Source: Squalus acanthias (Eukaryota). From it: a DNA stretch of 64,000 bases. The position numbers were made by a program, and so were the translations under genes. The stretch covers positions 77,440,001 through 77,504,000 of the forward strand of contig CM059432.1 of assembly GCA_030390025.1 (NCBI GenBank), read 5' to 3'. Below, one piece after another: positions 54,601-62,430 of the stretch. The first letter of the stretch is position 1. Each line of letters opens with the position of its first letter. Under the pieces are notes generated by a model. The model was not told where the DNA came from. It saw nothing but the letters and a program-made list of their open reading frames with translations, and made no database searches.

Positions 54601-55131
54601 GCAATTGAATGTCAAGAGGCGGTGGTTAGACGCTCTCTTGTTGGAGATAGTCATTGCCTGGCACTTCTGTGGCGGGAATGTTACTTGCCACTTATCAGCT
54701 CAAGCCTGAATGTCGTCCAGATCTTGCTGCATGCAGGCATGGACTGCTTCATTATTTGAGGAGTTGCGAATGGAACTGAAAACTGTGCAATCATCAGCGA
54801 ACATCCCCACTTCTGATCTTATGATGGAGGGAAGGTCATTGATGAAGCAGCTGAAGATGGTTGGGCCTAGGACACTGCCCTGAGGAACTTCAGCAGCGAT
54901 GTCCTGGAGCTGAGATGATTAGCCTCCAACAACCACAACCATCTTCCTTTGTGCTAGGTATGACTCCAGCCAGTGGAGAGTCTTTCCTCTGATTCCCATT
55001 GACTTCAATTTTACTAGGGCCCCTTAATGCCATACTCGGTGAAATGCTGCCTTGATGTCACGGGCAGTCACTCTCACCTCACCTCTGGAATTCAGCTCCT
55101 TTGTCCATGTTTGGACCAAGGCTGTAATGAG

Positions 55132-55288
55132 CATTTTCTGCTTTTTTTTCTCAGTTCTGACGAAGGGTCTTCGACCTGAAATGTTAACTCTGTTTCTCTC
55201 CCCACGGATGTTGCCTGGCCTGCTGAGTATTTCCAGCACTTTCTGTTGTTATTTCAGTTTTCCAGCATCCGCAGTATTTTGCTATTGT
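55132..55288 (+). mobile_element. 157-bp Penelope-type mini-insertion carrying a hammerhead motif
   Basis: Perfect 14-bp TSD aaggctgtaatgag (55118-55131 and 55289-55302) inside the LINE RT. Confidence 0.85.
55153..55189 (+). ncRNA. Minimal type I hammerhead ribozyme motif
   Basis: agtt-CTGACGA-a-gggtc-ttc-gacct-GAAA-tg-TT-aact; stem I agtt/aact. Confidence 0.7.
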
Positions 55289-56066
55289 AAGGCTGTAATG
55301 AGGTTTGGAGCCGAATGGTCCTGGCGGAATCCAAACTGAACATCGGTGAGCAGGTTATTGGTGAGTAAGTGCCATTTGATAGCACTGTCGACAACACCTT
55401 CCATCACTTTGCTGATGATTGAGAGTAGACTGATGGGTAGCAATTGGCCAGATTGGTTGTGTCCTGTTTTTTGTGGGCAGGACATACCTGTGCTGTTTTC
55501 CACATTGTCGGGTAGATGCCAGTGTTGTAGCTGTACTGGAACTGCTTGGCTAGAGGCGCGGCTAGTTCTGGAGCACAAGTCTTCAGCACGGGATATTGCT
55601 GGGGTCCATAGCCTTTGCTCTATCCAGTGCACTCAGCCATTTCTTGTTATCTCTTGGAGTGAATCGAATTGGCTGAAGACTGGCCTCCATGATAGTGCGG
55701 ACCTCAGGAGGAGGCCGAGATGGATCATCCACTCGGCACTTCTGGCAGGTTATTGATAGCATTCCCACCTGTGAGTCAGAGGTGACGGGTTCAAACACTG
55801 CTCCAAACAGTCTTGGCAAGTGGAGACCAGAGCTCTGGCTCTGAATTCTGGGTTAACACCCAATGAGATACTTGCATCTGGTGTGTGTGGGTGGCCTACC
55901 ACTCATCATATGGTTTGTGGGACACCATAAAATCCTCCCCACATATAGGACTAACCACACTAACGGCTGGTATAAAAATGATGCGGAGATGCCGGTGTTG
56001 GACTGGGGTGGACAAAAATGAGAAGTCGCACAACACCAGGTTATAGTCCGACAGATTTATTTAAAA

Positions 56067-56104
56067 TTACAAGCTTTCGGAGCTGTTGCCCCTTCGTCAG
56101 GTAA
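56067..56104 (-). ncRNA. Minimal type I hammerhead ribozyme, intact core
   Basis: ttac-CTGACGA-a-ggggc-aaca-gctcc-GAAA-gc-TT-gtaa; palindromic AAGCTT in place of stem III. Confidence 0.8.
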
Positions 56105-56421
56105 AGGTACAATGAGGGAATCTACAATATTACACAGTATATAAACACAGAAAGCAATTTGTCAGGGAGGCATTACATCAAAGACACACCAGAGCACAGC
56201 CAAGACAATGAGATGGGTCACAGGGGGTCCAACGTGTCAAATCCTGCTGTCTGCAGTTGAGCTTTTAACCTTTTTTTTGGTGTTTTTTTTTAAAAACTGG
56301 AAAGACAGACAACGATGTCGAGTCACGTTGTGTAGCGTGACATGAACCCGATATCCCTATTGAGGCCATCCTCATGGGTGCGGAACTTGGCTATCAGTTT
56401 CTGCTCGATGATTTTGCGTTG

Positions 56422-56961
56422 TCATGTGTCTCGAAGGCCGCCTTGGAGAACGCTAACCCGCAGTTCCGAGGCTGAATGTCCTTGGCTGCTGAAGTGTTCC
56501 CCGACTGGGAGGTAACAATCCTGCCTGGCGATTGTTGCGCAGTGTCCGTTCATACGTTGTCTCAGTGTCTGCATGGTCTCGCTGATGTACCATGCTCTGG
56601 GGCATCCTTTCCTGCAACGTATCAGGTAGACAACGTTGGCCGAGTCACATGAGTATGTACCATGTACCTGGTGGGTAGTGTCCTCACGTGTGATGATGGT
56701 ATCTGTGTTGATGATCTGGCATGTCTTGCAGAGGTTGCCATGGCAGGGTTGTGTGGTGTCGTGGTCGCTGTTCTCCTGACAGCTGGGTAATTTGCTGCGA
56801 ACGATGGTACTTTTGAGGTTAGGCGGCTGCTTGAAGGCGAGTAGTGGAGGCGTGAGGATGGCCTTAGCAAGGTGTTCGTCGTCATCGATGACATGTTGAA
56901 GGCTGCGAAGAACAAGGCGTAGTTTCTCCGCTCCGGGGAAGTACTGGACGACGTAGGACAC
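56422..56961 (-). pseudogene. Penelope GIY-YIG endonuclease fragment
   Basis: CHGNLCKTC, YSCDSANVVYLIRC...WYISET...LRQRMNGH and VGEHF. Confidence 0.88.
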
Positions 56962-57503
56962 CTACGGACACTGAAAGACGCCCTCATAAGAACGGGATAT
57001 GACGCTCGACTCATCGATCAACAGTTCCGACGGGCCACAGCGAAAAACCACATAGACCTCCTCAGAAGGCAAACACGGGACACAACCAACAGAGTACCCT
57101 ACGTCGTCCAGTACTTCCCCAGATCAGCGGGTTAGCGTTCTCCAAGGCAGCCTTCGAGACACACGACAACGCAAAATCATCGAGCAGAAACTGATAGCCA
57201 AGTTCTGCACCCATGAGGACGGCCTCAATAGGGATGTCGGGTTCATGTCACGCTACAGAACGTGACTCGACATCGTTGTCTGTCTTTCCAGTTTTTTTTA
57301 AAAAACACAAAAAAAAACCAAAAAAAACCCAAAAAAAGGTTAAAAGCTCAACTGCAGACAGCAGGATTTGACACGTTGGACCCCCTGTGACCCATCTCAT
57401 TGTCTTGGCTGTGCTCTGGTGTGTCTTTGATGTAATGCCTCCCTGACAAATTGCTTTCTGTGTTTATATACTGTGTAATATTGTAGATTCCCTCATTGTA
57501 CCT

Positions 57504-57541
57504 TTACCTGACGAAGGGGCAACAGCTCCAAAAGCTTGTAA
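57504..57541 (+). ncRNA. Hammerhead copy with GAAA>AAAA core mutation at 57530, probably inactive
   Basis: ttac-CTGACGA-a-ggggc-aaca-gctcc-AAAA-gc-TT-gtaa. Confidence 0.7.
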
Positions 57542-57753
57542 TTTTAAATAAATCTGTTGGACTATAACCTGGTGTTGTGCGACTTCTCATTTTGGTATAA
57601 AAATGGTTCAGGTTATGAAAGGAGAATTAATGTCACAGACTGTTAATCAGCTTACGAATTCTTCCAGTACTTCACACAATTCTCCAAGGGTAGGGTGTTG
57701 AGATACAAAAATAACAACAATATATGAGTAAAAAATTAATATCATAATCCAGA

Positions 57754-59208
57754 TCAAAACAGCAAATTCAGCAAAGTGTCAAAGCCTTTGGGAGGGAGGG
57801 GAAGAAATTTGGTGAAGAAAAAGATGAGATGAGTGGTGAGGTGTTTGTTACTTATCCAGGACGGAACCAAACCTTGTTTTAAATCCTCCAAATTACTGCG
57901 GCCCTCGCCCAGTAACCACGCCCCGTAAAGCACGCACACCTCGTTCTGCGCAGCTTGATCGGATGCATTCCGATCTTCCCTAATCAGGGCATTTACCGTC
58001 TTTGCATGTTTCTCCAACTCTGCTATAATTTCCTTTAAATGGAGAGTCATGGCTTGGTCCTCGTGTAAACCTGACCCTACCACTTTATTCTCATCTGTTA
58101 GAATGTCTTTTAATTGTGTCTTTAAACCATTAATCTGGGTCTGCAGCTCCACACTGTCTAGAGCGTTGACCACAGATGTACCCGTGTTAAAAGCAGTGAA
58201 CGCATCGTTCACCAAACCCCTTCTTTGCCTCCCTGCTTGATTCAGAACTTCCTGTGGTGCGGTGTACAAACTTGTTTTATCAATTTCCGCGAAATCGAAT
58301 TCGTAAAATTGTCTGAACATCTTGGTCAACAGGACCTGATACAACTGTTCCGTCTTTTTGGGGCACCACTCTGGTAACCACACCTCGGTGAGATTTAAAA
58401 TCACCGAGGCCACCGCGTAATGTACTCCCTGAAATAGTATCTGGTCTGTGGGGACCAGTACCAAACCATTCCCGGGTCCCTTACTAGTTTTAGGGCACCC
58501 TTCTTCCTCAGCTAGAACCACCGGAATCGTGGGCGGGGCTTTGCGTGGGCACGTAATGAGCTCAGTGGCATTTACTGGGATCGGGGAGAATGGGGCTCCG
58601 CACCCCCTGGTGCTCGCATCCCACCTCATCCCCTGTCCGTTATCCTGCCATTGATTAATGAAAAATATGGAGATGCCTTTGGGGCAAACGTACTTTGACC
58701 CCCACATACATACATAAATTCCCTCGTCCGGTTCCCACCATTTGTCCCAACAGACTTTCACTTGTCCGTTTGTCCCCGTAATTGTCCGATGGGTATTATT
58801 ACCCAGTCGTTCCCACTCGACCGAAGAGTTCCTCATAGTTTTGCTCAGCTTTCGCAGCCACCACCATCGGCTCAATGGGACCTTCCCACTACAAGTCAAA
58901 CAAATCCGTTTGCCGACGGTGACGCTAATCCTGGGTGCGATGATCCTTACTTTGGGGCACATTAAAGAAGTCTCTTTGTAGGCAAACCCCGATGTGCTAG
59001 AATACTCCGTTGAGTTCGTTCCCAGCCATCCTGGCCACCTTCCCTTGTGGAAATAGGTGCTGGTCTCCTCTGCCTCCCGTCTTCCGGTCCCATCCATCGC
59101 GATGGGGGCCGTGTCCCCGGAACATCCAAACACCACGACATCCTTGGTGCGGCCTCGATAGGCCAATCCACATCCGATTGCCACGAGCAATACTAGAATT
59201 CGTTCCAT
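57754..59208 (-). CDS. env: Envelope glycoprotein: signal peptide, Ig-like domain, furin site, F-type fusion subunit; C-terminally truncated
   Basis: MERILVLLVAIGCGLA; CLTC...WWW...DEGIYVC; N-glycosylation sequons (NST, NSS, NNT, NAT, NLT, NAS); RQRR|GLVNDAFTAF followed by heptad repeats. Confidence 0.8.
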   Translation of the reverse strand: MERILVLLVAIGCGLAYRGRTKDVVVFGCSGDTAPIAMDGTGRREAEETSTYFHKGRWPGWLGTNSTEYSSTSGFAYKETSLMCPKVRIIAPRISVTVGKRICLTCSGKVPLSRWWWLRKLSKTMRNSSVEWERLGNNTHRTITGTNGQVKVCWDKWWEPDEGIYVCMWGSKYVCPKGISIFFINQWQDNGQGMRWDASTRGCGAPFSPIPVNATELITCPRKAPPTIPVVLAEEEGCPKTSKGPGNGLVLVPTDQILFQGVHYAVASVILNLTEVWLPEWCPKKTEQLYQVLLTKMFRQFYEFDFAEIDKTSLYTAPQEVLNQAGRQRRGLVNDAFTAFNTGTSVVNALDSVELQTQINGLKTQLKDILTDENKVVGSGLHEDQAMTLHLKEIIAELEKHAKTVNALIREDRNASDQAAQNEVCVLYGAWLLGEGRSNLEDLKQGLVPSWISNKHLTTHLIFFFTKFLPLPPKGFDTLLNLLF

Positions 59209-59496
59209 CCTTCCTTGGTTCCTGTGATCAGATAGAATGAGGTAGCCAGCCTCGCAAGAGTCTCTGGCTTTTGTGAAGGGTGAGCGGGTCCCCTGACCTC
59301 GCCTCACGTAAACTTCAACGTTCGCTGAATAAACTTTAACTAAACCTATCTTTAAAGCTCCCATCATTTTATCGTTTTCTGTTAAAAACACTACAATCTT
59401 AACCTTATCAAAAAACTATAAACTTAACCTTGAACTATTAACTTAAAACTTAAAACTTATAACTTTACAGTGCCGCCCGTTCTCAGGGCGGCCCCT

Positions 59497-60618
59497 TTAA
59501 ATTCTGAGAAGGCTGCTGCGAGCTCTTCCCGACGGTGGGAGGGCACTGACCCTTCCCTCTGATCTGCCGCAGCCTGTTGCTGCTGCGATGTGGCCGGCCT
59601 GTATCTGGGTTATCTTAACCTTAACTCTACGCCTTGGGGCAGTCTGGGGACATGACCACATCCTCCTGGGCTGGGGTTCTCTACTTGACCTACGGGGAGT
59701 TGCTATGGGCGGGGGTTCCGTGACGGACGGACCGGGTTCCGAGACTTCCATCGGGATGACCTGGGGTTCCATCACAGTCGCTGGCTCCGCCTCCGCTGAC
59801 TCCGCCTCCCTAACCTCGGGGCTTGCAGTTTGTGGCCCCGCCCTGCTTGGCCCAGCAGGTGGCCCTTCACTCGTGATCTCTGCCTCCCCCAAGGACGGGA
59901 CGTTCAAAGCGGGCGGCCACATCTCTGGGAGCCACACCGGTACTCTCTGTGCTCCCATAGCGGCTGGCCCTGCCTCCCCTAGCTCCTCCCTCCTGTCTTC
60001 GGGACCTGCAGCTTGTGTGTCCACCCTGTGTGGATCTCTACCTGCAGCCCCCGTCCCCTCCATATCGTAAATGGGACCGTTCCTGAGAAACCACCCGTCG
60101 TCATCACTATTCTCATCTGCACTGTCCTCATCTGACCCGGGTACCCTGAATTCTTCCTCATCTAACCCCCAATTCCAGAAAAACGCTGTCTGATCTTCCG
60201 GGATGTCCCCTCCCCTGATGCAAGCTGCTATGCCTGCCTGTGTGCCTTGTGGTCCTACCTGGGGCTGTGCTTTCCCACTGGCGGGATTTACCCCTGTAGT
60301 TTTCCCTTGCGCACCTGGCTGGTACAGTTTGCATTGGTTTACATCCTCATACTCCCGGCTTTTGGCTACCCTGTAGGCTGCTTTTATCTCTCTAAGCTGC
60401 CCTTCTAGCCTGAGCACGTCTAACTTTCCCATTGATCGGGCGTTCTCCTCCTGCAGGGCCTGCTCTCTAAGCTGCCCTTCCAGCCCATCTATTTTCCCTA
60501 TTAAGCGGGCGTTCTCCTCCCGCAAGGCCTGCTCTTTTAACCTGGCCTCCTCACCGCAGACCCCCTCCTGTGCGTGTCTTTTAAAAGGACACAGGTAGGC
60601 AGGCTGCGTGGGCTCTAG
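59497..60618 (-). CDS. Unknown ORF in frame with gag (coiled coil, acidic/Trp patch, Pro/Glu-rich, basic tail); predicted readthrough extension
   Basis: Open from the codon after the gag TGA (LEPTQPAYLCPFKRH...) to TAA at 59497; the ORF-track start is TTG, and the first ATG is about 60 codons in. Confidence 0.65.
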   Translation of the reverse strand, partial: LEPTQPAYLCPFKRHAQEGVCGEEARLKEQALREENARLIGKIDGLEGQLREQALQEENARSMGKLDVLRLEGQLREIKAAYRVAKSREYEDVNQCKLYQPGAQGKTTGVNPASGKAQPQVGPQGTQAGIAACIRGGDIPEDQTAFFWNWGLDEEEFRVPGSDEDSADENSDDDGWFLRNGPIYDMEGTGAAGRDPHRVDTQAAGPEDRREELGEAGPAAMGAQRVPVWLPEMWPPALNVPSLGEAEITSEGPPAGPSRAGPQTASPEVREAESAEAEPATVMEPQVIPMEVSEPGPSVTEPPPIATPRRSSREPQPRRMWSCPQTAPRRRVKVKITQIQAGHIAAATGCGRSEGRVSALPPSGRARSSLLRI

Positions 60619-62430
60619 TCATTGGGTACTATTAGACGGTCCTGCGGCACCTACGGGGCCGGTTGCGACCGCCACCTGTCCACGCGCATTCAAGATTAGA
60701 TTGCGCATGGCTCCTAACACTACTTCGAGGTCGTCAGGAGGGGTGGGTGCCTTAGCTTCCTTAGCCGGGACAGGCGCCTGGGCTCGGACCGCGGGATTTT
60801 TATCCTTGGAATCCTTCCAAGGGTTCCTGCAATGCTTGCGCCAGTGCCCTGTCTTCCCACACCCGTAACAAGCATTACCTGCCTGTGGGGCGCGATTACC
60901 CTCCTGATGCCACTCTCTTTGATACGGGGCTGCGGGTCGTACCTCATGTACTCTTCCCTTAAGGGGACGTGTTGCCATACCCCTTATATTGCGATATCCT
61001 AACGTGAGTCGATTCAAGACCGACTCTTCCGTAATGTTGGGGTCATTGGGATCAAACCATGCTTTTGCCTGCTCTCTGACGGCTGGTAAACTGTTGGCTA
61101 TTATGCACCTAAGCCAATGAGTTAAAGCGGTGCCTTCCACATCTTCGCGCTCTGGCGCACCTAGGCAGCTGCGCTCATAAACTGGCCACAGCCTGTCGGC
61201 AAAAACCTTCGGGGGTTCTCCCTCCATCTGCACTGTCTGTCCCACTCTAGCAAACGGACCTTCATCGTTCGCCCCCAACACTTCCAGGACCTCATCCCTC
61301 AATTCCTCATAAGTCTTGGTTCCCCTCTTGCTCTCGCCTGAGAGACACTGAAGAACCGAGCTGTCTAGTGAGAACAGCAGCATTTTTGCTGTCTCCCCAT
61401 CATCGCAGCCGTTAATGGCTGCGGCTTGCTCAACTTCTCTGAAATGTACGGAAGGGTCGTCTGACTCGGTCAGCTTCCGTACGTGATTTATCATAGCTCT
61501 CAGCTGGTGTGAGCTGTGAGGCAACACCAGCTGTCCGAGGAGATCCCCCGGTTCTTCCCCACCGTTTCTGTTTGGGCCCCTTTTAATGCCCGTTACTGGA
61601 TACAACGGTCCCTTTCCTACTTCTTTTTCAATGGGCTCTTTTGTTTCTTCCATTGCTTCCTCCCTTACCCAGGTTTCCGAATAGCTGGGTGGCGCGGAGG
61701 GCGCAGTGGCTACTACTTCTTCTGCTTTGCTTGGTGGGGATTTCTTAAACTTCTCACTTACTAGCGGCTGGTGTGCTGACGGACTGATCAGGCACACCAT
61801 GCCGTTCGCTTTGTTTACGGCCTTCTTGAGGTGCTCTATCTCCCTTTGGCAGGCGCTATGGTCGGCTCCCTCAAACTTATCCTCAAGGGCCAACTTATAT
61901 GCCGCCCTAACCCCCGTTAAGCTCTCTTCTTGAGTTCTTATCTGGGCAGCTTGGCGGTTACATCTTTCCTTTAACCTGCTCTCATTCAACTTTGCCTCAG
62001 TGACCTGGCACTCGAGATAATCTATTCTTGTTTTAAGGTGACTGGAGATTTCCTGGCTTTCTTGGTGCAACTCATTTAACTTCTTAATGAGCACTTCCCC
62101 TCCAGAAACCTTCTCATCCATTTCTCCCTCTAAATGACTGATTCGAGCTACTAGCGCTGTAATGGTCTGGTTTGAAATCTGAACCTGCCTTTTGTAACAC
62201 ATAAGCCAGACTGCTTTCTCAAGTGTCTTTCTATGTTCTTTACTATCTGTCCACCTTTCGGCTGCCTCTAGCGGGCTTTTATCCGCTAACAATTCACTTA
62301 TCCATTTCTTAGTTAAATTAACCTTTCCGAACACATAATCTGCTATCTTTTCCTGCATAACATTTCGTACAGTCATTCCAAAGTCTAACACACTACCCTC
62401 TCGCTGCCAGTGTCCTGCCGCGGTCGCCAT
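60619..62430 (-). CDS. gag: Gag polyprotein, 603 aa, intact
   Basis: Good Kozak context (aaaATGG); long coiled coil; PSAPPSY; MHR-like QMEGEPPKVFADRL; CYGCGKTGHWRKHC knuckle (60870-60829). Confidence 0.9.
   Translation of the reverse strand: MATAAGHWQREGSVLDFGMTVRNVMQEKIADYVFGKVNLTKKWISELLADKSPLEAAERWTDSKEHRKTLEKAVWLMCYKRQVQISNQTITALVARISHLEGEMDEKVSGGEVLIKKLNELHQESQEISSHLKTRIDYLECQVTEAKLNESRLKERCNRQAAQIRTQEESLTGVRAAYKLALEDKFEGADHSACQREIEHLKKAVNKANGMVCLISPSAHQPLVSEKFKKSPPSKAEEVVATAPSAPPSYSETWVREEAMEETKEPIEKEVGKGPLYPVTGIKRGPNRNGGEEPGDLLGQLVLPHSSHQLRAMINHVRKLTESDDPSVHFREVEQAAAINGCDDGETAKMLLFSLDSSVLQCLSGESKRGTKTYEELRDEVLEVLGANDEGPFARVGQTVQMEGEPPKVFADRLWPVYERSCLGAPEREDVEGTALTHWLRCIIANSLPAVREQAKAWFDPNDPNITEESVLNRLTLGYRNIRGMATRPLKGRVHEVRPAAPYQREWHQEGNRAPQAGNACYGCGKTGHWRKHCRNPWKDSKDKNPAVRAQAPVPAKEAKAPTPPDDLEVVLGAMRNLILNARGQVAVATGPVGAAGPSNSTQ

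Larger units (their letters stand above)
53923..55750 (-). mobile_element. Non-LTR retrotransposon RT and 3' end (CR1/Jockey group, distinct from the main CR1)
   Basis: LKTCAPELAAPLAK, PISLLSIISKVME, QFGFRQDHS, DIKAAFHRVWH and SKSWNSLP. Confidence 0.85.
55981..57592. mobile_element. Rearranged Penelope-like element with about 450-bp inverted 3' ends
   Basis: 13-bp TSD tggtataaaaatg (55968-55980 and 57593-57605); inverted arms ~56015-56463 and ~57125-57593. Confidence 0.9.

Noticed and set aside
60578..60588. -1 frameshift heptamer (TTTAAAA) after gag
   Set aside because: Not in X XXY YYZ phase with the gag frame, and the downstream ORF is already in frame 0.
59497..60618. ORF X as degenerate pol
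   Set aside because: No D(T/S)G protease, YxDD, RNase H or HHCC/DDE motif; composition is low-complexity.
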